Source: Myxococcales bacterium
GTDB lineage: Bacteria; Myxococcota_A; Polyangia; Polyangiales; DASUME01
DNA length: 64,000 nucleotides
Assembly (NCBI GenBank): GCA_047601445.1
Contig: JASGJH010000001.1
Span: forward strand, 8,768,001-8,832,000
Reading direction: 5' to 3'
Positions 29,639 through 39,733 of this stretch are shown here, piece by piece; position 1 is the first letter of the stretch; every line of letters starts with the position of its first letter. The position numbers were made by a program, and so were the translations under genes. The notes beneath the pieces are model-generated. The model ran no database searches. It was not told the origin of the DNA and was given only the letters and a program-made list of their open reading frames with translations.

Positions 29639-30499
29639 ATGAGCAAGTTCTGGTTGCGGGAGAGCGAGCGAGGGCTCGTGATCCAGGGAGACAACGAGGC
29701 GGTCCTGCCCGAGTTACCCGCGGCGAGCGTCGATCTCATCTACATCGATCCCCCCTTCAACACGGGGCGGCCACAGGAACGTCTGCAGCTGCGCACCAGG
29801 CGGGACCCTACTGGAGATCGCACGGGATTTCAGGGCGCCCGCTACCGCACAGAGCGGATAGCGAGCGAGCGCTACGAGGACAGCTTCGAGGATTACCTCG
29901 CGTTCCTGGAGCCGCGTCTCGCCCACGCCCACAGACTGCTCAAACCGACGGGAAGCTTCTACTTCCACATCGACTATCGCGAGGTTCACTACTGCAAGGT
30001 GCTGCTCGATCGCATCTTCGGGCGCGCGGCCTTCCTCAACGAGATCATCTGGGCCTACGACTACGGAGCGCGCACCAAGCGGCGCTGGCCCGCCAAGCAC
30101 GACAACATCCTGGTTTACGTGCGCGATCCCAAGCAGTACCACTTCGACACCGCCGAGGTGGACCGCATCCCCTACATGGCGCCTGGCCTCGTCGGGCCCG
30201 AGAAAGCCGCGCGCGGCAAGCTACCGACCGACACCTGGTGGCACACCATCGTGAGCCCTACCGGCAAAGAAAAGCTGGGCTATCCCACGCAAAAGCCCGT
30301 TGGCATCCTCGAGCGCATCGTGCGCGCCTCCTGCCCGCCTGGCGGATTGGTGCTCGATTTCTTCGCCGGCAGCGGAACCACCGGCGCGGCCGCGCTGCGC
30401 TCCCAGCGGCGCTTCGTGCTGGTAGACAAGCATCGACCCGCGTTCGACGTGATGACGCGTCGCTTCGATGGAGAGCCGGGAATTCGCTTCGAACCCTGA
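29639..30499 (+). CDS. Orphan beta-class amino (N6A/N4C) DNA methyltransferase
   Basis: IYIDPPF, YPTQKP, VLDFFAGSGTT; no adjacent endonuclease. Confidence 0.9.
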   Translation: MSKFWLRESERGLVIQGDNEAVLPELPAASVDLIYIDPPFNTGRPQERLQLRTRRDPTGDRTGFQGARYRTERIASERYEDSFEDYLAFLEPRLAHAHRLLKPTGSFYFHIDYREVHYCKVLLDRIFGRAAFLNEIIWAYDYGARTKRRWPAKHDNILVYVRDPKQYHFDTAEVDRIPYMAPGLVGPEKAARGKLPTDTWWHTIVSPTGKEKLGYPTQKPVGILERIVRASCPPGGLVLDFFAGSGTTGAAALRSQRRFVLVDKHRPAFDVMTRRFDGEPGIRFEP

Positions 30500-30510
30500 C
30501 GTCAGGTCCG

Positions 30511-31053
30511 TCAGGCGTGCACGGTCTTGTCGAGTCCGCCGTTCCGAATCCACTGGTTCATCACGCGGGCTTCGATCTCGAGCAGGCGCTTGGCTTCGCG
30601 CGCGATCATCTGCTCGACCATGCCGGCCATCGGGCGCACCAGCAGGGGCAGGCTGTGCAGCTTGATCTCTGCCTTGGTGCGGCGGTGGGTCTTGCCGGAG
30701 GGCAGGGGGGTGAGCTGGATCTCGCCCTGGTTGAGGAAGCGCTCACGCACTTTGTCCGCGACGGGCACGTTGTTGAAGGCCAGCGTGCGCGTGCGTTTGT
30801 CCCAGGTGCTCGACTCGACGAACTCGAACCAGTTCGAGGGCACCTCTTTGAAGCCCACGTGGTCGAAGGCCGGCCGGGCAACGTAGTGCACCCGACGCCG
30901 AATCTGCGCTGGGCTCTCCTCGAGCGCCTGCGGATGGGCGCCGGTGAGGATCTCGTGGTGCGCCACCAGGAACGCGAGGTATTCCGGATGGAACATCGCG
31001 GCCTCGATGGTCTCCACGGGCGCCTCGAGGATATGTTCTACCTCAAAGTACAT
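30511..31053 (-). CDS. Probable SRPBCC/START-like (DUF2505-like) protein
   Basis: Size and pattern FEVEH...FVESSTWD...GEIQL...MVEQMI; family call is tentative. Confidence 0.5.
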   Translation of the reverse strand: MYFEVEHILEAPVETIEAAMFHPEYLAFLVAHHEILTGAHPQALEESPAQIRRRVHYVARPAFDHVGFKEVPSNWFEFVESSTWDKRTRTLAFNNVPVADKVRERFLNQGEIQLTPLPSGKTHRRTKAEIKLHSLPLLVRPMAGMVEQMIAREAKRLLEIEARVMNQWIRNGGLDKTVHA

Positions 31054-31138
31054 CGCCTACATGGTTACCACGCCCGAGCGACTCAAGGAAGCGCACCCTG
31101 GTGAAGCGTCGAAGGCCGGGGGCGAACGGATGGAACCC

Positions 31139-31543
31139 CTACCCGGCGTCGTCTGAGTCGGTGTCCTTGAGCAGCGAAAGTCCCAGGAAATCCCGGAGAG
31201 ATTCGTCGCCCACGCTGACCTGGTCGAAGCGCACTCCAAGGCCCGGACGGTCGCCTGCCGCAGGTGACACTCGGCGCACCACTTGGCCTTCGGCGATCAC
31301 GGGGTCGAGACCTGGCAGCTTGAGCGTGACCTTCACGTCGACGCCTGGCGCCATCGGTAGCGCGGTGCGCAGGAACAGCCCGCCTCGACCGATGTCCACC
31401 GTGGTGCCAAATACCGTCGCGTCCTGGTGTTCCAGCCAACAGCCGCAGCGCACTGCGACACGCTGATACTGACGGGGGCGCCGACGGGTCTTTCCCGCCG
31501 GGACCGTGGCCTGCAGTTCTTCGCGTTGGGCTTGTACCGTCAC
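31139..31543 (-). CDS. PilZ-domain protein
   Basis: RQYQR (RxxxR), DIGRGGLFL, GLGVRF. Confidence 0.85.
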   Translation of the reverse strand: MTVQAQREELQATVPAGKTRRRPRQYQRVAVRCGCWLEHQDATVFGTTVDIGRGGLFLRTALPMAPGVDVKVTLKLPGLDPVIAEGQVVRRVSPAAGDRPGLGVRFDQVSVGDESLRDFLGLSLLKDTDSDDAG

Positions 31544-31644
31544 GACGCCGCCATCATCTGCTCTCGGTTTATGTATGTCAAGAGCGTGTCTGTCGCAGTG
31601 TTGCCTACATTTCCCTGTCGCTCACAAAACCGCGTGAAGTGCCC

Positions 31645-32103
31645 ATGAAAGTCATTCCCAAAATCCTGACCGCAAGCGCCCTATTCATCGCCGCGGCCTC
31701 GGGCTGCCAGAGCGAGGAGGCTCGTTTGCGGGAGGAGGCCGGTCGACTGGTGGAGCTCTGCGCCGGAATCCAATACAACGACCCGCCCGATGTGCGCGAA
31801 AAGCGCCTCGCAACCCTCGAGCAGGCAGTCTTCGTGAGCCCCGATGTTGTGGCCGCGCGCACAGTTTGTCTGTCGGGCCACCGACAGTTACTGCAGGCGC
31901 AGCGATCACAGGACGAAACCGCTAAGGAATTGGACAAGGCCCTGGCGCAGACGGATGGCGGGGGGCCGCTGGCGGTCGGGACCATCGAGCGCCTGCAGGG
32001 CACCCTCGCGAGTGCCCAAACTCAGCTGCGCGGAGCCCAGGCCGAGCTCACCGACTGCGAGGCACGCGTGCGCGCCCTCGACGTCCGCTTCGGACGGCGC
32101 TGA
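31645..32103 (+). CDS. Hypothetical helical lipoprotein
   Basis: ASGC lipobox, coiled-coil-like C-terminus. Confidence 0.6.
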   Translation: MKVIPKILTASALFIAAASGCQSEEARLREEAGRLVELCAGIQYNDPPDVREKRLATLEQAVFVSPDVVAARTVCLSGHRQLLQAQRSQDETAKELDKALAQTDGGGPLAVGTIERLQGTLASAQTQLRGAQAELTDCEARVRALDVRFGRR

Positions 32104-32179
32104 CCCGAACGGACCAAAGGGTCCGAGCTCGCCCCGCAAGCGACTGGCGCAAGCCTTGGGCCGACCCCAGACTGATCCT

Positions 32180-32890
32180 GTGAGCTTGAGCAGGTCCCTG
32201 AAGTCCCTTCTGTTCTGTGGCCAGCTGCTGCTCGCGGGCGCCTGCGGGAACCCGACCCAGGACGCGCAGGCAACGAACCGGACGAGCGCCCCCGCTTCCC
32301 TCGAGCAAGTGATGGGGGCAAGCGCGCCTGCCAAGCCGCCCTTCGCGGTGGAGGGCGAGGCGCAAGGCCTCTTGCTTGTGTGGTACGACGCCGACGGTGC
32401 GGCCCACAGCGCCGAGAGCCGCGCTCAGATTCCCGACGACCGCCGCGCCCAGGTCCGGGTGGACTCCCTCGAGGTTCCGCCGGAGGCGCGCCTGGACCCT
32501 GCCTTCATGTACGTGGCCGACCTGCGCGCGCCCGGGGCCGACGGGCGTTATGGCGTGCGACAGGTCTCGCGTGAGGCCTTCGAGGCGGCCCTGATGAAGC
32601 CCGCGCCCGCCGCGTCCACGGCCCTGGCTGCGGCGAAGGACGAGGGAGTGATCATCTACGGGGCGAGCTGGTGTGGCGCCTGTCGCCAAGCCGCGGGCTA
32701 CCTGCGCCAGAAGAACGTGCCCTTCATCGAGAAGGACATCGAGAAGGAGCCGGGTGCCCGCAGTGAAATGGCAGCCAAAGCCAAGGCCCAGGGGCTGCGC
32801 ACCTCCGGCATCCCGGTCATCGACGTGTACGGGACGCTGATGGGCGGGTTCAGCCCCAGCCAGCTGGACGCCCTGCTGGCGCGCAAATAA
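32180..32890 (+). CDS. Lipoprotein with C-terminal glutaredoxin (NrdH-like) domain
   Basis: AGAC lipobox; IYGASWCGAC, GIPVIDV...GF. Confidence 0.8.
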   Translation: MSLSRSLKSLLFCGQLLLAGACGNPTQDAQATNRTSAPASLEQVMGASAPAKPPFAVEGEAQGLLLVWYDADGAAHSAESRAQIPDDRRAQVRVDSLEVPPEARLDPAFMYVADLRAPGADGRYGVRQVSREAFEAALMKPAPAASTALAAAKDEGVIIYGASWCGACRQAAGYLRQKNVPFIEKDIEKEPGARSEMAAKAKAQGLRTSGIPVIDVYGTLMGGFSPSQLDALLARK

Positions 32891-32909
32891 GCGGAGGCTG
32901 TTCTACGAG

Positions 32910-32987
32910 GAGGTCACGCGACCTCTCCGCCCGTCGCGGCAAAGTCCCCGCGGGGCCCACCCCTCCGCGAGCTTCGCTTCGCCCACG
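32910..32987 (+). repeat. Dispersed structured repeat, copy A
   Basis: CACGCG...CCGTCGCGGCAAAG...CCGCGAG.TTCGCT.CGC.CACG shared with the copies at 42962 and 43875. Confidence 0.7.
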
Positions 32988-33010
32988 CGATGCTCGTTGA
33001 TTCGTCGCCT

Positions 33011-34579
33011 TCAGCTACGGGGGCGCTTGTTCTTCTTCTTGCGATAGACCACGCGCACGGGCGTGCCCACGAAGTCGAAGTGCTTCAGCAGCTGGTTCTG
33101 CACGTAGCGCCGGTAGCTGAAGTGCACGTACTCGGGGAAGTTGGTGCTGGCCACGAACGTGGGCGGCTCGGTCTGGGCCTGGGTCACGTAGTAGAGGCGC
33201 ACCGAGTGGCCGGCCTGGGGAGGCGGCGGGTGGTGGGCCAGGACCTGCTCGAAGAAGCGATTGAGCTCGCCCGTGCCCACGCGCCGCCGGAAGCACGACA
33301 TCACCAGATCGACCTGATCCAGCAGCTTCGTGGTGCCACGGCCGTTGAGAGCGCTCGCGACCATGACTGGGGCATACGCGGCGAAGTTCAGGATCTCACG
33401 CGTGCGCTCGATGGCCTTGTTGAGCTCGTCTCGCGTCAGGAGGTCGCTCTTGTTGAGCACCACGATCATGGCGCGCCCGCGATCGTTGGCGAGACCGGCG
33501 ATCTTGGCGTCCTGTTCACCGACACCCTCGCGGGCGTCGATCATCAGAATCACCAGGTCGCAGCGCTCCATGGCGCGTACCGCGGAGAGCACGCCTTGCT
33601 GTTCGGTGTTCTCCTTCTTGCGCGCCTTCTTGCGGATGCCGGCCGTGTCGATGAGCACGTACTGCTTGCCGTTTTTCTCGAGCAAGGTGTCGATGCTGTC
33701 CACGGTGGTGCCGGCGCGCGCGTCCACCAACTGGCGTTCCTCGCCGAGGAAATGATTCACGAGCGAAGACTTGCCGGCGTTGGGGCGGCCGATGATGGCG
33801 ATGTGCGGGGCGTTCTCGTAGCCGGTCTCCGCGTGCTCCTTCGGCGGCGGCAGCGCAGCCACCATGGCCTCTTCGAGGTCGCCGATGCCGTGGCCGTGTA
33901 GGGCGCTGACCGGGAAGAAGGTCTCGATGCCGAGCTCGTAGAGATGAGTGGCCTCTTCGATGCGCTTCGGGGAGTCGCACTTGTTGCCGATGAAGAGCAC
34001 CGGCTTTTTCGCTCGCCGCAGCAGCTTCACCGCTTCGATATCGGCGGGCAGCGGCACGCTGGTGGCGTCGAGCACGCACAACACCACGTCGGCTTCCTCG
34101 AGGGCCAGGCGAACCTGACGCGCGATGCCCTCCTGCATGGGGTCGTCGCTGTCGGGGTCGAAGCCGCCCGTGTCGATGAGCACGTATTCGCGGAGTAGGG
34201 CCTCGGCGTCCGCATAGTGGCGGTCGCGCGTCACGCCGGGCCGGTCCTCGACGATGGCGATGTTGGCGCGGGCCAAGCGGTTGAAGAGCGTGCTCTTGCC
34301 CACGTTGGGGCGTCCCACCACGGCCACCAGGGGGCGCGGCGTACGAGCGCCTGCGGGACGCTCCTTGCGCTTGCGTCGGCGGGGGCGTCCCGAGCTCTCT
34401 TCGGCTTCCGCTTCGTCTTCTTCGTCTTCTTCGTCCTCGGGCTCTTCGTCGTCGTCGAACTCGTCATCGTCGAGTTCTTCGTCGTCACCTTCGGGCTCGT
34501 CGCCTTCGGGCTCGTCACCTTCGGGGTCGCCGGATGCTGGGGGATCGTTGGGGTCGAACGCGTCGTCTTCGATGTTCAC
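33011..34579 (-). CDS. der: Ribosome biogenesis GTPase Der with acidic N-terminal extension
   Basis: Two G domains (GRPNVGKS, GRPNAGKS, DTGG/DTAG) and KH-like C-terminus. Confidence 0.96.
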   Translation of the reverse strand: MNIEDDAFDPNDPPASGDPEGDEPEGDEPEGDDEELDDDEFDDDEEPEDEEDEEDEAEAEESSGRPRRRKRKERPAGARTPRPLVAVVGRPNVGKSTLFNRLARANIAIVEDRPGVTRDRHYADAEALLREYVLIDTGGFDPDSDDPMQEGIARQVRLALEEADVVLCVLDATSVPLPADIEAVKLLRRAKKPVLFIGNKCDSPKRIEEATHLYELGIETFFPVSALHGHGIGDLEEAMVAALPPPKEHAETGYENAPHIAIIGRPNAGKSSLVNHFLGEERQLVDARAGTTVDSIDTLLEKNGKQYVLIDTAGIRKKARKKENTEQQGVLSAVRAMERCDLVILMIDAREGVGEQDAKIAGLANDRGRAMIVVLNKSDLLTRDELNKAIERTREILNFAAYAPVMVASALNGRGTTKLLDQVDLVMSCFRRRVGTGELNRFFEQVLAHHPPPPQAGHSVRLYYVTQAQTEPPTFVASTNFPEYVHFSYRRYVQNQLLKHFDFVGTPVRVVYRKKKNKRPRS

Positions 34580-35529
34580 GGACTGCTCTCCATGGCGAGG
34601 CGGCGCACGCTCGCGGGATCCTCGGTCCAGTTCTCGATGACCTTCACGAACAGCCCCAGGTACACCTTGCGCTCCACCAGCTTTTCAATCTCCGCGCGCG
34701 CTTCGCTGCCGATCTTCTTCAGCATCTGCCCGCCGGCGCCCACCACGATCTTCTTGTGATTCGGCTTGTCCACCACGATGGAGGCCTCGATGCGCGTGAG
34801 CTTGTCGGTCTCTTCGAAGCTGTCGATCAACACGGCCACCGCGTACGGGATCTCCTCGTGGGTGTTGCGGATCACGGCCTCGCGCACCAGCTCCGAGGCG
34901 AAGAAGCGCTCGGGGCGGTCGGTGAGGTAGTCAGGATCGTCGTAGAGCACCCCGGGTGGCAGGTGCTTGCGCAGCTCCGACACGAGCTGCTTCACGCCCT
35001 TCTCCTTGAGGCCGGAGATGGGCACTACGGCCTCGGGCGTGAGCTCGCGCTGATAGAACTCGAGGTAGGGCAGGAGCTTCGACTTGTCCTTGAGCTTGTC
35101 GATCTTGTTGATCGCCACGACCAGCTTGGTGCGCGTGTTGGTCTTGAGCAGCTCGCGGACTTCCCTGTCTTGGGCCGCGAAATTGGCTTCGCTCGGCGAC
35201 TTGTCGTTGGGGCTCTCCACCAACCAGAGGACCACGTCGGTATCGGCGAGGGCGCCCTGGGCCTCCTCCACCAGTGCGCGTCCGAGCGCGTTCTTGGGGC
35301 GGTGCAGCCCGGGGGTGTCCAGGAACGCAATTTGGGTGGGGGGCTCGCTGCTGCTGTAGACACCGAGGATGCGGTGGCGCGTGGTCTGGGGCTTGGAGGT
35401 GGCGATGGCCAGCTTTTGCCCGAGCAGCGCATTCAACAGGGTCGACTTGCCCACGTTCGGGCGGCCCACGATCGTACAGCGGCCTGCCCGGGGACCGGTC
35501 TCCGCGTCGTCTTCAACTACATCAGCCAT
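34576..35529 (-). CDS. era: GTPase Era
   Basis: GRPNVGKSTL, KPQTTR, DTPG, NKID, KH domain. Confidence 0.96.
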   Translation of the reverse strand: MADVVEDDAETGPRAGRCTIVGRPNVGKSTLLNALLGQKLAIATSKPQTTRHRILGVYSSSEPPTQIAFLDTPGLHRPKNALGRALVEEAQGALADTDVVLWLVESPNDKSPSEANFAAQDREVRELLKTNTRTKLVVAINKIDKLKDKSKLLPYLEFYQRELTPEAVVPISGLKEKGVKQLVSELRKHLPPGVLYDDPDYLTDRPERFFASELVREAVIRNTHEEIPYAVAVLIDSFEETDKLTRIEASIVVDKPNHKKIVVGAGGQMLKKIGSEARAEIEKLVERKVYLGLFVKVIENWTEDPASVRRLAMESSP

Positions 35530-35593
35530 GGAAGTTGTTCAGTGTAGTGCGATGCGCTCCCCGGGCCAGGTTTCGTTCTGGTAGAACCCGTGC

Positions 35594-36517
35594 GTGCGGC
35601 GAATTTCATGGGCCTTTTCGAGCCTCCTCGCGCTGTGCGCCGCATGGTTGGTGCAGCTCAGCCCGTACGCCAGGCAGGCGCGCGCCGTGGAGCAGGGCTC
35701 CGCGGTATTCATCGCTCCCGGCTGGTTCACCATGGGCGCGACCCAGGGCGACGTCGAGTTCGCCCGGCGCCTGTGCGTGACCGAGCGCATGTCCGAGGCC
35801 CTACGGCTGCGCGGCTGCGCCAACGAGGACCTCTTCAGCGAGGAGTCGCCCGCACGGCGCGTCTACGTCTCGGGCTTCTGGCTGGACCGTTTCGAGCTCA
35901 GCCGCAGCGAGTACGCTGCCTGTGTGGCGGTCGGGGCGTGCAGCGTGCCGGTGCGACCCACGGAGCACCCGGGGCTCACCCACCCGCGACATCCGATGGT
36001 AGGCATCAGCCAGGTCCAGGCGGCCGAGGCGTGCCGTTTTCGTGGGGGTCGCTTGCCGAGCGAGGCCGAATGGGAGCGCGGCGCGCGCGGAGACTCGGGT
36101 CGTCGCTTCCCATGGGGCAATTTTCACAATGAGGGGCTGGCCAATCAGGGAGGTGCGTCGCCCAGCGGGGCCGGCGCGGAGGGCCAGCCTTCGGACCGCG
36201 ATGGATTCGCGTTTGCCGCACCCGTGGACGCGTTCTTCCAGGCGCGCAGTCCCCATGGGTTGGTCCAGATGGCGGGCAACGTCTGGGAATGGACCCGTGA
36301 CACGTATGTACCGCTCGCCGTGGTGAACCAACGGGTCAACCCCTCCGAGACCCGGACGCCAGGTCTGTGGGTCGTGCGCGGGGGATCCTTTCGCAGCCCA
36401 GCCTATGCCTTGCGCGTGACCCACCGCGAGCCACGGCCGGCTGGCACGGGCTTTGTGGATGTGGGTGTGCGGTGTGCCTACGACGCCCCTGATCGAAGCG
36501 CGCCCTCGGGCCCGTGA
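35594..36517 (+). CDS. FGE-sulfatase (SUMF1-like) domain secreted protein
   Basis: FTMG, RLPSEAEWE, FPWG, MAGNVWEW, RGGSF, GVRCA. Confidence 0.85.
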   Translation: MRRISWAFSSLLALCAAWLVQLSPYARQARAVEQGSAVFIAPGWFTMGATQGDVEFARRLCVTERMSEALRLRGCANEDLFSEESPARRVYVSGFWLDRFELSRSEYAACVAVGACSVPVRPTEHPGLTHPRHPMVGISQVQAAEACRFRGGRLPSEAEWERGARGDSGRRFPWGNFHNEGLANQGGASPSGAGAEGQPSDRDGFAFAAPVDAFFQARSPHGLVQMAGNVWEWTRDTYVPLAVVNQRVNPSETRTPGLWVVRGGSFRSPAYALRVTHREPRPAGTGFVDVGVRCAYDAPDRSAPSGP

Positions 36518-36671
36518 GCGCCGGATCGGCATGCCGTAAACGCAGACCGTCCTTGAGAAAACGGCTATGCTCGGGCTTCGTCGGTCGGTCCCGAGCGACC
36601 GTTACGAAAGTCTGAGCGCCGAGCGCAGCAATCCCCACGGGATCGCGCGAGGTGGCTCGGTGGAGGACTGG

Positions 36672-37616
36672 ATGAGGAGACTTGTACAGACGCTCGCGCA
36701 GATGGTCGCGGTGGTCCTGTTGGTGGTGAGCAGTTCCAGTGCGCTCGCCGAGCCTCCCACGCCCAAGGACAAGGCCCGCGCACGCGAGCTGTACACCCTG
36801 GGCCAGCAGATGTTTCGGCAGGGAGACTTCGCGGGCGCCGAGAAGTCCTTCGTGGATGCCTACGCAGCCGTGCCGAACCCCATCGTGCTCCTGAGCATCG
36901 CCGAATGTCAGGTGCGCACCGAGAACTTCACCGAAGCCGTGGTGACGCTGTCGCGCTACGTGAGCGAGCGTCCGGACGCGCCCGACCGTGCCCAGGTCGA
37001 AGAGCAGATTCAGAAGCTCAAGGCCAAGCCCGGCCTCGTCACGGTGGAGAGCACGCCGGCGGGGGCCACGATTTGGGTCGACGGGCAGAACAGCTCGCGG
37101 ATCACGCCGGCAGACATCGAGTTGCCGGCGGGCGATCACGTGATCAGCGTGGAGGCCCAGGGCTACAACAACGCCGAGCAGACGGTCACGGTGTTGATCG
37201 GCTCCGTGCAGCGCGTGAGCTTGTCGCCCATCCCGCAGGCGCCCCCGGCCGAGAGCGTGGCCACGACGCCCGAGGTCCAGATCCAGGCGCGCGCCACCAG
37301 TGAAGGCAAGCTGCCAATGTGGATCGCCACCGGTGTGGCCGGCGCGGGTCTGGTTACCGGCGCCATCCTGGGAGGCCTTGCACTCAAGGAAAAGGGCGAC
37401 TTCGATAGCCATCCGACCGAGGGCAAGGCCGACAAGGGCGAGCGCCTGGCGTTGTTCGCCGACGTTGGCTTCGGCATCGCGGCCGCAGCCGGCATCACCG
37501 CGGTGGTGCTCTACGTGACCCGCGACAAGGACGCCGACAAGAGCCAGCAGTCCTGGTCCATCAAGCCCAACCTGGCCAAGAGCAATCTCGGCCTCACGGG
37601 TCGCCTGCACTTCTAA
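36672..37616 (+). CDS. TPR + PEGA domain protein with C-terminal hydrophobic hairpin and terminal beta strand
   Basis: Signal peptide, TPRs, VESTPAGATIWVDG PEGA, ends GLTGRLHF. Confidence 0.85.
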   Translation: MRRLVQTLAQMVAVVLLVVSSSSALAEPPTPKDKARARELYTLGQQMFRQGDFAGAEKSFVDAYAAVPNPIVLLSIAECQVRTENFTEAVVTLSRYVSERPDAPDRAQVEEQIQKLKAKPGLVTVESTPAGATIWVDGQNSSRITPADIELPAGDHVISVEAQGYNNAEQTVTVLIGSVQRVSLSPIPQAPPAESVATTPEVQIQARATSEGKLPMWIATGVAGAGLVTGAILGGLALKEKGDFDSHPTEGKADKGERLALFADVGFGIAAAAGITAVVLYVTRDKDADKSQQSWSIKPNLAKSNLGLTGRLHF

Positions 37617-37725
37617 GCCAGCACTTCTCTGCCGCTCGCGGTTTCTGTCTCAGTCGTTCGCCTCTTTTTTTCCCGCGCGCTCGAGAGCGCGCTTCGACAA
37701 CGGCTTCCCAAGGGGGACTTTGCCC

Positions 37726-39687
37726 ATGTTGCGCTCGCGTGTCCTTGCTCTGCCGCTCCTCTGTGCCTGGTTGACCGCTTGCTCGTTCATCGTGGACTTC
37801 GATCGCAGCAAGATCGACCACGGCGGCAACGACTCGGGGGCTGGCGACGGGGATGGCGATGGCGACGGCGATATGGACAGCGGGCAAATCCACGTGGACG
37901 CGGGGCACGACGCATCGGTGAAGCCCGACGCCAACACGGGCTGCACGGACAACGACGGTTGCGCCAGCGATCAACTGTGCTGCGGGAACGTCTGTGTGAA
38001 CACGTCCCTCGCGGGCTGTACGGGCTGCGGCGTGGCCTGTGAGAGCAACCTCTCCTCGAGCTGCGTGGGCCGCGAGTGCAAGTGCGGAACGAACGCGGTG
38101 TGCACGGGCTCGGGTAGCAGCGCGTTTTGTGCGGGCGCTGTCGGCGAGCAGAGCTGCGTCGAGTGTCGCGATTCGGATGACTGCCCCGTCGACAAGAGCC
38201 AGTGCGTGAGTGGCGCGTGCCAGGCCTGCGTGCCTGGTCCGGCCAACGCGGGCTGCGGTGGCAACAAGCCCTTCTGCAACCCCGACACCAAGGTCTGTGA
38301 GGCTTGCACGGCTTCGCCCGACAACTGCACCGGGGCCCTGGTGTGCACATTGAGCGGAGCCTGCGGTGGCTGCGCCAACTCGATGGTGGATTGCACCAAC
38401 CCCGACGAGCCCATCTGCAACAAGAACTCGACGCAGTGCACGGCTTGCACGGGCGACGACGTGGCCAGCTCCGCGTGCGTGACGGAGCAGGGCAAGGCCT
38501 ACTGCGTGAACAACCAGAAGTGCAGCGTGTGCTTGCCCGACACGGAGGCCGGCTGCGATGGCACCTCGAACAAGCCGGACTGCCGCCTGAACGGCAACCA
38601 GTACGAGTGCCAGGCCTGCACCAGCAACACGCACTGCGAGAACCTCGGCGTGCGCGACACCTGCGTTACCAGCGGGGCTGGCAGCGGAAAGTGCGTCGAG
38701 TGCCAGGCCAATGCCGACTGCACGGACGCCGACAAGCCGCTGTGCGACCCGTCCTCGGGGCTGTGCAAGCGCTGCGATCAAGTGGCGAACGCCGACGCCC
38801 AGTGCGGCATGAAGAACGGCAGCACCTGCGACGAGGCCATGGGGCGCTGCGTGGAGTGCACGGTCGCCACTCAGGCTGCGGACTGCACGACGAACGGTCA
38901 GACCGTATGCAGCAATAACATGTGCGTGCAGTGCACCGATGCCACCGAGGTCGCCAAGTGCGGCAATGACGTGTGTGTGAGCAACGCGTGCGTCAACTGC
39001 ACCCTCGACCTGCAGTGCGTGGCTCACACGGGGAAGCAGTGCGTCACCGTGGGCGCGGGCAACAACGACTGCAAGGCGTGTGATCCCGCGGGCGCTACCG
39101 GCTCCAACGGATGCACCGGGCTCCAGGTCTGCAATCCTGTCACCTTCACCTGCGACACCGTGCAGTGCTTGGCCAATACGGATTGCACCGCCGATCCCAA
39201 CAAGCCTCTTTGCGATAACACGCACAACTGCGTGCGCTGCGACACGCTCGGCGATGCCGAGGCCGACGCGGCCTGCGCGGGTAAGCCTGGTAGCAATGAC
39301 ATCTGCGTGCGCGCCACAGGCGCCTGCGCGGTGTGCGAGCCGGCGACGGATCAGGGGTGCCCTGGCAGCCAGAGCGCCGAGAAGGATCAGTGCAATGGCG
39401 CGGCCACGCCCGCGTGCGTGGATTGCGACGCCTCGGGAGGGTGCGCCGCGGCCAACACCATCTGCGACGTGGCGAAACTCGTCTGCGTCTCCACCGTCTG
39501 CACCACACTTGGATTGAGCGGAGACTGCGCTGGCAATCCCGCCGGCGAGGCATGCGTCGACCCGGACGCCTCCGGCTCGGGCTTCGAGTGCCGAAAGTGC
39601 GATCCCACCCTGGGCGGCGGCATGGGCACAGCGGCAGGCTGCGCTGCGGGCGAGACGTGCCAGGCCGACTTCACCTGCGCGCCCTGA
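37726..39687 (+). CDS. Cys-rich repeat lipoprotein (CVEC...DC...KP.C repeats)
   Basis: LTAC lipobox, GDGDGDGDGD linker, many Cys-rich repeats. Confidence 0.82.
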   Translation: MLRSRVLALPLLCAWLTACSFIVDFDRSKIDHGGNDSGAGDGDGDGDGDMDSGQIHVDAGHDASVKPDANTGCTDNDGCASDQLCCGNVCVNTSLAGCTGCGVACESNLSSSCVGRECKCGTNAVCTGSGSSAFCAGAVGEQSCVECRDSDDCPVDKSQCVSGACQACVPGPANAGCGGNKPFCNPDTKVCEACTASPDNCTGALVCTLSGACGGCANSMVDCTNPDEPICNKNSTQCTACTGDDVASSACVTEQGKAYCVNNQKCSVCLPDTEAGCDGTSNKPDCRLNGNQYECQACTSNTHCENLGVRDTCVTSGAGSGKCVECQANADCTDADKPLCDPSSGLCKRCDQVANADAQCGMKNGSTCDEAMGRCVECTVATQAADCTTNGQTVCSNNMCVQCTDATEVAKCGNDVCVSNACVNCTLDLQCVAHTGKQCVTVGAGNNDCKACDPAGATGSNGCTGLQVCNPVTFTCDTVQCLANTDCTADPNKPLCDNTHNCVRCDTLGDAEADAACAGKPGSNDICVRATGACAVCEPATDQGCPGSQSAEKDQCNGAATPACVDCDASGGCAAANTICDVAKLVCVSTVCTTLGLSGDCAGNPAGEACVDPDASGSGFECRKCDPTLGGGMGTAAGCAAGETCQADFTCAP

Positions 39688-39733
39688 CCGGCGCTCATTT
39701 TCCCTCGCCGCCCGCTCAGGCTAGGCTCTCCGC

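Noticed and set aside
29639..30499. Restriction-modification or defence island
   Set aside because: No nuclease, specificity subunit or other defence gene nearby
35594..36517. FGE-domain protein as the activator of the sulfatase at 18117
   Set aside because: It lacks the catalytic Cys pair after RGGS (has RGGSFRSPAYALR), is secreted and is unlinked
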